A stretch of DNA of 64,000 bases from an uncultured Chloroflexia bacterium (GTDB taxonomy: Bacteria; Chloroflexota; UBA6077; JACCZL01). Numbering within the stretch: position 1 is the stretch's first letter; each line of letters begins with the position of its first letter. The stretch lies in NCBI GenBank assembly GCA_963765765.1, contig CAVXYC010000001.1, positions 224,001 to 288,000 on the forward strand. Reading direction: 5' to 3'. Under the pieces are notes generated by a model that saw only the letters and a program-made list of their open reading frames with translations, ran no database searches and had not been told where the DNA came from. A program made the translations under genes and the position numbers. Of this stretch, positions 23,272-33,302 are shown piece by piece.

Positions 23272-24853
23272 ATGGTGAGTGTGACCACTCAGACCGAGGG
23301 GGACCGATCACTTCCCCGCGAACGGTGGGGGGTGATTGCGACGTGCTCTCTGGCGACCTCAGCCGTCTACCTGCAGCCGCCGCTCTGGCTCTTTCATCAG
23401 CCGCCGAACAGTGCCTTCAACTTCGGATGGGTCGAGGTCAACCTGCTGGTGAGCCTGACGACGCTGCCGTGGCTCGGCTTCGTCCTGCTTGGCGGCGTGC
23501 TCGGCGACTTCTACGGCCGACGCCGCGTCCTGCTGGTCGGACTCGTCGGTCTGGTCGCCGCCAACCTGCTCCTGGTCATCACGCCCGCGCTCCTGGTTCA
23601 TCGCGATGAGTCTGGCCGCCGGTGCGTTCGGAGCGCTGGTCCTCCCACTGTCGCTGTCCCTGCTGACGCTCGCCTTCGCCGACGATGCCCGCGCCAAGAC
23701 CAGTGCCCTGGCGGTCTATCTCGCCGTAACGACCATGGCATTCTTCCTGTCCATCGTCGCCGTGCCGATTCTGTTTGCCTTGCTGGACTTCAGGGCCGTC
23801 TTCGTCGCACCGACGTTGCTCGCGTTGGCAGCCATCCCGCTCGTCCGCCGAATCCTGACCGAGAGCCGCTGCACAGAGGATCGGCACTTTGACGCGGTGG
23901 GTCACGTCGCCTGGGTGCTGGTCGTGCTGTCGCTCGCCTACGGGTTGAAACTGTCGAGCGTGGCGGGCCAGTACATCCCGGCCATCCTGTCCGCCTCGCT
24001 CGTCGGTTGTGGGCTCGGTCTTGTCGATGCTGTTCTGGCGTGATCGGCGGTGGCCGGGCTCGGTCCTGGAACAGAGTGCGCTCCCGCGCCGCCGGCTGTC
24101 GGCACTGGTCGCGTGCGGAATCGCGATGCAGTTTGGCCTCGTCGGGTACGCCACGCAGGTGCGGGGCGCCCTGATCGCCGGCTACAGCTACACGCCCCTG
24201 GTAGGGACTCTGGCGCTGGCGCCGTTGGCGCTCGGCATGTTGACGATGGCCCTCTGTCGGCACGCGGCGCCTGGAGGGCTTGCGTGTCCGGCCGATGCTG
24301 GCGTTTGGGCTGGTGGTCGCGGGCATCGTCTCCGCGCTGACGGCGTTGACCAAGGCGACAGACGTCTACCCGTGGCTCGCCGTGCTGCTGTTTGTGTTCG
24401 GCGCGGCGATGATCGCCTGTAACACGGCGTGGACGTTCAGTTTCCTGACCGCCATTGACGACCGGATGATCGGTGTCCGGACTGGGATCAGCGGCGCACT
24501 GTTCGAATTGGGAAGCGTGGCCGGCGGGACGGTGGCCGGAGCGCTGCTGGCCACCATCGGTCTGGCAGAGGCAGCCAGGCGGTTGCGAGCGCAGGGTGCG
24601 CCGTCGATCGAACTGGACGCCGCACTGTCTGCCCTGAACGTGTTGCTCGACGCCGCCACAACCGACCCGACGGTGCTCGATTCGCACGGTCGCCCGGCAG
24701 CTCATGGCGGCCTATCAGGTCGTCTACATCGCGAGCTATGAGCAGGTGCTGCTGATCATCGCCGCCGTGTGTGTGATCGTCGGCGCGGTGGTCTGGTTCG
24801 GACTTCGCGCCAGGACCGAGACTGAGGATCTGACGCTCGTCCGTGAACGATGA
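23272..24853 (+). CDS. MFS transporter (frameshifted)
   Basis: MFS motif A GGVLGDFYGRRRVLL; many hydrophobic helices across ORFs 23272, 23489, 24009 and 24280. Confidence 0.8.
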
Positions 24854-24943
24854 CGCCATCGCCGGCTCGCGCCGCGCACCGTTGCCCGCGGGTGACATCG
24901 CCCATCGGAGCCACATCCAGACCTGGATCATGGAGGACAATCG

Positions 24944-26229
24944 ATGGCCGAGCAATCCGAGCAACGCGACACTGTTCCAGAACGTGCGGATCTTCGACGG
25001 CAAGGACGGTGTCATCTCGGCGCCGTCCGACGTCCTGGTCGAGGGGCAGCGCATCGCGCGCATCTCGGTGACGACGCTGGCGAGCGACCCTGATCGGCCG
25101 GTGACTGTCGTCGCGGGTGGAGGGCGCGTGTTGATGCCCGGCCTGATCGACGCGCACTGGCATGCCATGTTCGCGACGTTGCCAATGGCGGTCCTCATGA
25201 CTGCCGATCGCTGGCTACGTCAATCTGGTGGCAGGCGGGCGGCCGAGGCGACGTTGATGCGCGGCTTCACCTCCGTCCGTGATCTTGGCGGACCCGTCTT
25301 CGGGCTCAAGCGCGCCATCGACGACGGCATCGTCGTCGGGCCGCGCATCTATCCGTCAGGTGCCTTTATCTCCCAGACCTCGGGGCACGGTGACTTTCGG
25401 ATGCCGTACGAGGTGCCACGGGCCGTAGGCGAGCCGCTGAGCTATCTGGAGCGAATCGGCGTCTCGGCGATCGCCGATAGCCAGACGAGGTCCGGCTGCG
25501 CGCACGAGAACAACTGCGCCAGGGCGCGAGCCAGCTCAAACTGATGGCCGGTGGAGGAGTCGCATCGCCCTACGACCCGATCGACGCGACACAGTACACC
25601 GAGCCTGAGATCCGGGCGGCCGTCGAGGCCGCCGAGAACTGGGGCACTTACGTGGCTGTGCATGCCTACACGCCGCGTGCCATCCAGATCGCAGTCGCTG
25701 CCGGCGTCAAGTGCATCGATCACGGACAGCTGATCGACGAGCCGACCGCCGAGCTCCTGGCACAGCAGGAGATCTGGCTGAGCCTGCAGCCGTTCCTGGA
25801 CGACGAGGATGCTGTCCCGCTCCCTGATCCGGCGCAGCGGCGGAAGGCGGAGGAGGTCTTACCGGGACGGATACCGCCTACACGCTGGCAAAGCGGTACG
25901 GCATCAGGGTCGCATTCGGGACCGACACGCTCTTCGATCCGCGGCTCGCGGCGCGCAGGGGGCGCAGTTGGCCAAGCTGGTGCGGTGGTACCCGACGGCC
26001 GGCGTGCTCAAGATGGCGACCGCCGACAACGCAGAGCTCCTGGCGCTCTCCGGGCCACGCAACCCGTATCCCGGCAAGCTGGGCGTCGTCGAGGAGGGTG
26101 CGCTGGCGGATCTGCTCCTGGTCGATGGCGATCCGATGCAGAGACATCCGGCTTCTCGAAGATCCGGCGAGAAAACTTCTCGTCATCATGAAGGACGGCC
26201 AGATCTACAAGAACGACCTTGTGGTGTAA
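24944..26229 (+). CDS. Metal-dependent amidohydrolase (Xaa-Pro dipeptidase/HutI-like), frameshifted
   Basis: LMPGLIDAHWH, GFTSVRDLGG, SQTSGHGD, KLMAGGGVAS, VAVHAY, FGTD, ADLLLVDGDP. Confidence 0.9.
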
Positions 26230-26621
26230 CGCCCGCAACGGGTCCGGCTTCCGCGTAGCAAAAGCTGATGGCCTGCTCCTTGGAGCGCGGCGTTCAGACC
26301 CATCCGGCCGGTCCAATGTTCATCCATCGATCGGCGAGGCTTCGCCTAGTAAGCACTCTACGGTTGGCACCGGACAGTTGCGCCTAGCTCCAGTTGCTGG
26401 TTGCACAAGTTTCGGGCGCATCCACTCGGGACCTGGAGAAGACGAGGCATGTCGTACCGTAGGGATTCTCCTGATGTCGCGGCTCACACGGGGCCGATAG
26501 ACTCATGCGTAGGGGCCGCGCCTGGTGCCGTTGGGCAGTCGATGCTACAGCGCTCGCGCGGGGTGCGACTTGGGTCCAGCCCCTGGCCTAGAAACCAGGG
26601 GCTGCGTTGAGGTAACGGAAG

Positions 26622-27355
26622 ATGCGTCGAACAATCGCGTGTGGACTCGGAGCGTTGGCGCTGGCCGCTGGCATCACGATCGCGACGTTCCGGAATTCGG
26701 AGTCGCTCAAGAGCACACGGTCATCAGGCCAACTTAATTCAACCTCAGATCCGAATCGATGTGGTTGGGAGCGCAATCGGGATCACCCATGTAAAATGCC
26801 CGGCAGGCCGACGCGGTGTTCTTTCAGGGCGAGAAAGAACGGTACCAGCGCGCCGCCACCGACCCCGCGGCACAACCGTACGGTCTCTTCCTGACCTACG
26901 GAATGGACGGGCGGGCGGCTCTCATCGTACTCGACATGGCGTGGCTCCGCGAGGAGGATAACCTCGGGTTTGTCGACCTGATGCTGTTCGAGACTGGCAC
27001 AACCGGGGTACCGCGAGTACCAGGCACGCATGAGTCTGTCCAGCTTTCGCTCCAGCCCTCGACGGACAGGGACGTACCTCGCTCGGCAGTATCAGAAGCT
27101 GCCCAAGGGCAGCATGGTGAACAACACCGACTGGGGTATCAGCGAGGCGTTTACCACTTCGCAACGATTCCATCAATGCTCGCGTGGACAACGGCCCGGA
27201 TGACGATGAAGCCCGCCGACAAGGCGACAAGTTTCGACGAAAAGGGGCGAAGGCGATCGATTAGGACTGATCGCCGAATCGCTACTCCAAGAAGAGTATA
27301 CTGTCGGACCTTCGGAACCAACGGTTGGTGGACATGGAGGGAATCGAGCTCCTGA
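26622..27355 (+). CDS. Possible secreted hypothetical protein, fragmented
   Basis: GAGG SD and signal-like MRRTIACGLGALALAAG; plausible coding continues in shifted frames (26641, 26816). Confidence 0.3.
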
Positions 27356-27601
27356 CCTCTTCCATGCCAGGGAAGTGCGTTCCCACTGCGCCACAGACCC
27401 GTACTTGCGTGTTCGGGAATCGTACCAGTGCCGCAGCGCACTATTTCGCAGAGACCAGAGATGAAAATAGCTAGAAATGGTCGCCGGCAAACGCTCCGAA
27501 TGATTTTCGGGATGCGGAAGGTACGTGCTACGAATTGACGCCGCATCTTGGAACTCGCCAAGCTTCTCGGGCGTCAGTCACCTGGAACAATACGCCGCGA
27601 G

Positions 27602-27642
27602 TGTCACGTCTATTGACAAGACAGGAGACTTGTCTTTAACCT
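27602..27642 (+). promoter_or_regulatory. nadA promoter overlapped by two palindromes (candidate NiaR operators)
   Basis: TTGACA 27613-18 and TAACCT 27637-42; TGTCA-N7-TGACA (27602-18) and AAGACA-N7-TGTCTT (27618-36); niaR is in the operon. Confidence 0.6.
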
Positions 27643-27654
27643 CAGGTGGTATTC

Positions 27655-28632
27655 ATGGTGGAAGGATCCCAGATGCGGACAAACTCGGCGAGCAGGACAA
27701 ACCTGATTCAGGAGATCGAACAGCTCAAACGCGAGCGGAAAGCGGTCATCCTGGCGCACAACTATCAGAGGCCTGAGATTCAGGATCTGGCCGACTACGT
27801 CGGAGATTCACTCGGACTCTCTCAACAAGCGGCCACCACCGAAGCCCCGGTGATCGTGTTCTGCGGCGTCCAATTCATGGCGGAAACGGCCTCCATTCTT
27901 TCGCCCGAGAAGACAGTGCTACTACCGGATCCGGATGCCGGATGCTCGCTGGCCGAGGGGATCACGGCCGATCAGCTCCGAGCTTGGAAGGATGAATATC
28001 CTGACGCGGTCGTCGTTTCATATGTCAACACTTCCGCGGAGGTGAAGGCTGAGAGCGACTATTGCTGCACCTCTGGCAATGCCGTGAAGGTAATTCAGGC
28101 CATTCCCGCTGACCGTGAGATTCTCTTTCTTCCCGACATGTTCCTGGGTGCCTACCTCGAGCGTATGACCGGCCGGAAAATGCACATCTGGATGGGTGAG
28201 TGCCACGTGCATGCCGGGATCGGCGCCAATGAGATGCGCCAAGCCCAAAGCAATCACCCCGGCGCGGAGATCATGGTGCACCCCGAGTGTGGCTGCGCAA
28301 GTCCGCTCATGTACGCATCAGTAAGCGGTGAGCTTCCCATGGCGGGCGTGTCGGTACTCTCTACCGAAGGCATGCTACGTCGTGCGGACGAATCGAAATC
28401 GCAGGAGTTCCTCGTGGCCACCGAAACGGGCATCCTTCATCGTCTGCGCAAGGATCATCCCGAGAAATCCTTCATGCCGGTGAGCGAAGCGGCCGTCTGC
28501 CGCTACATGAAGATGACCACTCTAGAGAAACTCCACCGCTCACTCAAAGACATGCAGTACGAGGTGCGGGTTCCCAGGGAGACGGCCGATCGAGCGCGCG
28601 GCGCGATCGTACGCATGCTGGAGATCGTCTGA
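27655..28632 (+). CDS. nadA: Quinolinate synthase
   Basis: ILAHNYQ, GDSLGLS, FCGVQFMAETA, AGCSLA, YVNTSAEVKAESDYCCTSGNA, HPECG, VCRYMKM. Confidence 0.97.
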   Translation: MVEGSQMRTNSASRTNLIQEIEQLKRERKAVILAHNYQRPEIQDLADYVGDSLGLSQQAATTEAPVIVFCGVQFMAETASILSPEKTVLLPDPDAGCSLAEGITADQLRAWKDEYPDAVVVSYVNTSAEVKAESDYCCTSGNAVKVIQAIPADREILFLPDMFLGAYLERMTGRKMHIWMGECHVHAGIGANEMRQAQSNHPGAEIMVHPECGCASPLMYASVSGELPMAGVSVLSTEGMLRRADESKSQEFLVATETGILHRLRKDHPEKSFMPVSEAAVCRYMKMTTLEKLHRSLKDMQYEVRVPRETADRARGAIVRMLEIV

Positions 28633-28755
28633 GTTCCACTCAGTGGGACAAGATGCACGTAGTGGGTGCTTCAGCGCCTTTTCGGCGAGCACGGTAGAGC
28701 GAGCGCAGCGATGCGACTTGCCATCAATGTGGCGAGACTATTCGGGGAGGGTTAG

Positions 28756-29290
28756 GTGAACGGGCGTGAGCGCCGGGACGAGCTTTTGCGGCGCGTGCGA
28801 ACGGAAGAGAATCCGGTCACCGGGACGGACCTGGCGCAGGCGCTGGGAGTAAGCCGCCAGATTATCGTTCAGGACGTGGCAGTGCTTCGCGCAGCCGGTG
28901 AAGACATCATCTCCACGCCGCGCGGCTACATGCTTGCTTGGCGGCCAGCCAACGGCTCAGCGAGCCATTCTTGTCACGCGGCACGCCCGCCACGATGCGG
29001 TGGATGAGCTTTCCATTATGGTGGATCAGGGCCTGCGCGTCGTCGACGTCGTAGTGGAGCATCCGATCTACGGCGAGCTCAGGGCGCCGCTCATGTTCGA
29101 GTCGCGCAGCGATGTGCTGGCATGGCACGAACGCATCGAGGCCACCGGCGCATCGTTGCTCTCCGACCTGACCGACGGCGTGCACCTGCATACGGTGGAA
29201 ACCTTTCAGCCAGAACGAATCGAACGCGCCAGAGCTGAGCTACGCAAGCACGGCTTTCTGGTGGAGGAGCCGTCCTGCGCGGACAAATAA
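28756..29290 (+). CDS. niaR: Niacin-responsive repressor NiaR (HTH + 3H domain), one frameshift ~28950
   Basis: GTDLAQALGVSRQIIVQDVAVLRA..IISTPRGY; DVVVEHPIYGEL, LLSDLTDGVHLHTV. Confidence 0.9.
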
Positions 29291-29328
29291 ACACTCAACG
29301 GACATAGGTGGAAACAGGAAGGAATACC

Positions 29329-30222
29329 ATGAACGTACCAATCTGGGAGCTGGAAGATATTGTCAGGCGCGCGCTCGCCGAGGACATCGGCTCGGGCGAC
29401 GTCACTACGGATAGCCTGATCCCTGAAGACGCCACCGGCACAGGCGCGGTGCAGGTGCGCCAGGGTGGCATCATCGCCGGCTTGGACGTGCTGCTCATGA
29501 CGTTCCGGATCGTTGATCCGGCCATCAACGTCACGCTCTTCAAGCACGACGGCGACACGGTGGAGCCCGGCGATCTTGTGGCGCGACTTGAAGGCCCAGC
29601 GCGTGGTCTGCTCAAGGGTGAGCGCGTGGCGTTAAACTTCATCCAGCGCATGAGCGCTATTGCAACAGCCACCAATGCGCTGGTCCGGGCCGTGGAAGGC
29701 CTGCCGGTGCGGATCATCGACACCCGCAAGACCACACCCGGACTGCGTCCGCTCGAGCGGTACTCGGTGCGCGCCGGCGGCGGACGCAACCATCGCTATG
29801 GGTTGAGTGACGGGGTGCTCATCAAGGACAATCACCTGGAGGTGCTTGCCCAGGAAGGCCACGGTATCACCGAGGCAATCCGACGCGCGCGCGAAGCCAT
29901 CCCGCACACCGTGGGCATCGAGGTGGAAGTAGAGACACTGGAGCAGGCCCGGGAAGCGGCCGAAGCTGGCGCAGACGCAATTCTCCTCGACAACATGAGC
30001 CCGGGCGAGATGCGAGAAGCCGTGCAGCTCATCAAGTCCATCAGCTCCCGCACCCTCACTGAGGCGTCCGGCGGCGTGACCTCCGAGAACATCCGTGGTG
30101 TGGCCGAAAGCGGCGTAGACCTGATCTCATCAGGTTCGCTGACGCATTCCGTCAAAGCGATGGACATCGGCATCGACTTTGAACTGGCGAATCGGCCGAT
30201 GGTGGCAGCCGGGCGAGCGTAG
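29329..30222 (+). CDS. nadC: Quinolinate phosphoribosyltransferase
   Basis: ALAEDIGSGDVTT, ERVALNF, DTRKTTPGLR, NHRYGLSDGVLIKDNH, EVEVET, LLDNM, EASGG. Confidence 0.97.
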   Translation: MNVPIWELEDIVRRALAEDIGSGDVTTDSLIPEDATGTGAVQVRQGGIIAGLDVLLMTFRIVDPAINVTLFKHDGDTVEPGDLVARLEGPARGLLKGERVALNFIQRMSAIATATNALVRAVEGLPVRIIDTRKTTPGLRPLERYSVRAGGGRNHRYGLSDGVLIKDNHLEVLAQEGHGITEAIRRAREAIPHTVGIEVEVETLEQAREAAEAGADAILLDNMSPGEMREAVQLIKSISSRTLTEASGGVTSENIRGVAESGVDLISSGSLTHSVKAMDIGIDFELANRPMVAAGRA

Positions 30223-30226
30223 CGAA

Positions 30227-30302
30227 GCCCGGCCGTCGAGGCCGCCTCGCGAAGTCCCATTCGCCGATTAAGGTGCTCGCGAGGCGGCCTCGACGGCCGG
30301 GC
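30227..30302. repeat. 26-bp perfect inverted repeat between convergent genes (terminator or REP-like)
   Basis: GCCCGGCCGTCGAGGCCGCCTCGCGA (30227-52) and its reverse complement (30277-302). Confidence 0.8.
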
Positions 30303-30307
30303 GGGGT

Positions 30308-31777
30308 TTACTTCAGGCTTACCGTCACGCTCTTGCGCTGGGTGAAGCTATCGATCATGCCCTCGAGTGAGAACTCTCGGCCGATGCCGCTCATCTTGAA
30401 GCCGCCGTACGAGTGGCCGGGTAGCTGACCGAGTCCTCGATTCACCTGGACCCAGCCCGACTCGATGGCATGCGCGGCGCTCAGCGCCTTGCCGATATCG
30501 CGGCACCATACGTAGGCCGCCAGGCCATAATGACTGTCGTTCGCCATACGGATCGCTTCTGCCTCGTCGGTCCACGGAATGACCACGAGCACGGGGCCGA
30601 AGATCTCTTCGCGGGCGATGCGCCAGTCGTTGGTGGCGTTCGCGATGATGGTCGGCTCAACAAAGAAGCCCTCGGAGAGCGGGCCTTCCTTGGGCGGCAG
30701 ACCGCCAATGAGCATTTTGGCGGACGGCTGGTTCATGCCGTCCTGGATGTACTCACAGACGCGGTTGTACTGCTTGGTATTGATGATCGAGCCCATATCC
30801 GTGGCCTCGTCCAACGGGTCGCCTACTTTCAGCGTTGTCAGACGCTGGCTGATCTTGTCCAGGAATGACTGATAGATGTCCTGATGCAGGAAGAGCCGCG
30901 AGCCCGCCGTGCAGGACTGGCCCTGGCGGGTGAAACGCATACCAGCAATCACGCCGTCTGCTACGTCATCGGTATCTGAGTCCGGGAAGACCACCGCGGG
31001 ACTCTTACCGCCCAGCTCCAGTGAAACCGGCACAATGCGATCGGCCGCGGCGTGCATGACCGACTTGCCCACCGCCGTGGAGCCGGTGAATGAGAGCTTG
31101 CGCACCAGCGGATGCACCGACAGTGGAGCTCCTGCCTCTTCACCAAACCCGGTGATCACATTCAGCACGCCCGGCGGCAGATGCTCGTTGCAGATCCGCG
31201 CCATGTGCAGGACCGCCAGGGGCGCATCCTCGGCAGCTTTCATCACCAACGTATTGCCGGCCGTGATAGCCATGGCGATCTTCAGCGCGCCCAACATCAC
31301 CGGCGCGTTCCAGGGAATGATCGCGCCAACAACGCCGATCGGCTCACGCCTGTTGTAGACCAGCAGATCCTCGCTGATCGGCACGACCTCGCCCTTGAGC
31401 TCGGTGGCCACACCACCGAAGTACTGAAAGATGTCTACGCCAGTCTTCACCTCACCACGTGCCTGAGTGCGGATAGCGTTGCCAGTCTCGGTGGCAATAG
31501 TCGTGGCGATCTCCTCGGCTTGATCGCGCATGCCCTGGGCGATCTTGAGCATGGCCGCGCCCCGCTCGGTCGGTGCCACCTTGCGCCAGGTCTTGAAGGC
31601 CTCAGCCGCGGCTTGGACGGCTCGATCGACGTCTGATGCATCGGACCGGGGAACCGTGGCGATCTGCTCGCGCTGTCGCGCCGGGTTCTCAATCGGGAAC
31701 GTCACGCCGGATGCGGATTCGACGCCTTCGCCGTTGATGAGCATCGGGACGAAGCCGTGCTGAGTTTGTACTGCCAT
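30308..31777 (-). CDS. Aldehyde dehydrogenase
   Basis: IIPWNAP, FTGSTAVG, LELGGKSP, GQSCTAGSR, EEIFGPV. Confidence 0.96.
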   Translation of the reverse strand: MAVQTQHGFVPMLINGEGVESASGVTFPIENPARQREQIATVPRSDASDVDRAVQAAAEAFKTWRKVAPTERGAAMLKIAQGMRDQAEEIATTIATETGNAIRTQARGEVKTGVDIFQYFGGVATELKGEVVPISEDLLVYNRREPIGVVGAIIPWNAPVMLGALKIAMAITAGNTLVMKAAEDAPLAVLHMARICNEHLPPGVLNVITGFGEEAGAPLSVHPLVRKLSFTGSTAVGKSVMHAAADRIVPVSLELGGKSPAVVFPDSDTDDVADGVIAGMRFTRQGQSCTAGSRLFLHQDIYQSFLDKISQRLTTLKVGDPLDEATDMGSIINTKQYNRVCEYIQDGMNQPSAKMLIGGLPPKEGPLSEGFFVEPTIIANATNDWRIAREEIFGPVLVVIPWTDEAEAIRMANDSHYGLAAYVWCRDIGKALSAAHAIESGWVQVNRGLGQLPGHSYGGFKMSGIGREFSLEGMIDSFTQRKSVTVSLK

Positions 31778-32233
31778 AGTCGGAGACTCCCGTGTTTTGC
31801 CCTAGTGTACGCGCAGACGAGAGGCCAGAGGCGCCGACGAGAGGTCAGAGCTCAGAGGCTAGAGGCAGCATGGTCCCGGAGCGCGAGACCTGGTCTCGTC
31901 CGGCGTAGGACCATCTCGAGGTTTACGTTTCGGATGAGGGTCCCGGCTCTCCAGCGGATGATCTGGAGCGCAACCAGCCGTCAGTTAGTTGTGCCGGAGG
32001 CGTGACTTATATCGGGCTGGCTGCCGTTGCCCGAAGGGGTTTCGTTCGTTAACCTGATAGGGAGACGAGAAGCATCGTCTCCATGATCTGGACGCATGCC
32101 GATGATCCGGATTCGCCCTGATTGCCTCAACGCATTACGCGCCCGGATGCCATGGCGGCACCCCGGTTACGCTATCGCTCGGACTTCCGACAACGTCGGA
32201 GCGCGTATGACCTGAGCATGATGACACTGCTCG

Positions 32234-33301
32234 GTGATCGGTTTAGCTTCTCCAATGATGTCCATTCAGCAAATCCCGCAATTTCTGGCGTCTCAGAACA
32301 TCGATAGTCCCAGAGTACATCCCAGACTAGCAGCCGGGATTTCAGCCTTTGTCGGCCTCATAACTGGAGTGGCAGTACTACTCCTGCTCGACTGGGTCTT
32401 ATTCGAGACGAACCTAGTGTCCTCTCGTCTGGCCGTGGGTGACAACGGCTCGGCCGGCGATAAGCTATTGTTGGCTCGACGATACCGTGACTCCGAAGTG
32501 GTGTATCTGGGGGATTCCCGGGTTCTCTACGGCGTTCAACCCGAATTCGTCTCAACGGAGTGCGCTTGTGGGCCGGGGTTCAATGCCGGATTCCCGGCGG
32601 CGGATACGCGCCTCACCAGAGTCATGGCAGGACGGCTGCTGCGCGAAATCTCGCCGGACATAGTGGTCATCGGAGTCTCACAGTGGGATCTGAGTGACGC
32701 GGCTGATATCCGTGTCTGGGGCCCCGCACCGGAGCTGGTACCGCCGTGGCGGTTGCTTGAGTTTGGTGTGTCACTCGACGAGCCGGGCGAGATTCGAGAG
32801 GCCATCGGGCAGACCTGGCGGCTAAACCGCTATCGCGGTGAGCTGCGCGCCGCAATGGATCCGTCCACCGATCGACATGATAGCAACGCCGACCGCCGCG
32901 GTTTCGATGAGTACCAGGGCAGGCGGCAGCTTGGCGCCAGTGACCTGGTGGATAGACAGCAACAATGGTTCAGCGACTTCGCCGTCCATGGTCGCCGTAC
33001 CGAAGCCGTCGGAGAGCTGGTGACCGAGCTACGGGCAAGGCACATCGGAGTCGTCCTTGTGGCGCCGCCCCTGTACCCCGATTTTTACGCCCGGGTGAGC
33101 ACTGAGGTGTCCGAGTTCCAGACGGCCATGGGCACCCTGGCACGCGAGCGAGGCGCCGTGTTCGAGGATGTGAGCGATCCCCAGCGAATTAGCCTCAAGC
33201 GCGATGATTTCCGCGATGCCGTGCATCTGGGCGAGGACGGGACCAGGACGTTCTCGCGTCACATCGGCAAGGTCATACGCGCACATTTTGGGTCGGCCTA
33301 G
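32234..33301 (+). CDS. Membrane-anchored SGNH-like protein (DUF1574/AlgJ/DltD-like)
   Basis: Single N-terminal TM; YLGDSR (GDS nucleophile), FNAG, C-terminal DAVHL (DxxH); directly upstream of the MBOAT gene. Start may be 32255-32258. Confidence 0.75.
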   Translation: MIGLASPMMSIQQIPQFLASQNIDSPRVHPRLAAGISAFVGLITGVAVLLLLDWVLFETNLVSSRLAVGDNGSAGDKLLLARRYRDSEVVYLGDSRVLYGVQPEFVSTECACGPGFNAGFPAADTRLTRVMAGRLLREISPDIVVIGVSQWDLSDAADIRVWGPAPELVPPWRLLEFGVSLDEPGEIREAIGQTWRLNRYRGELRAAMDPSTDRHDSNADRRGFDEYQGRRQLGASDLVDRQQQWFSDFAVHGRRTEAVGELVTELRARHIGVVLVAPPLYPDFYARVSTEVSEFQTAMGTLARERGAVFEDVSDPQRISLKRDDFRDAVHLGEDGTRTFSRHIGKVIRAHFGSA

Positions 33302-33302
33302 G

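Larger units (their letters stand above)
12797..27531. mobile_element. Probable degenerate integrative genomic island
   Basis: tRNA 3' fragment and integrase remnant at the left end; visibly GC-richer accessory cargo; housekeeping nadA resumes just after 27531; end motifs described in the findings. Confidence 0.55.
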
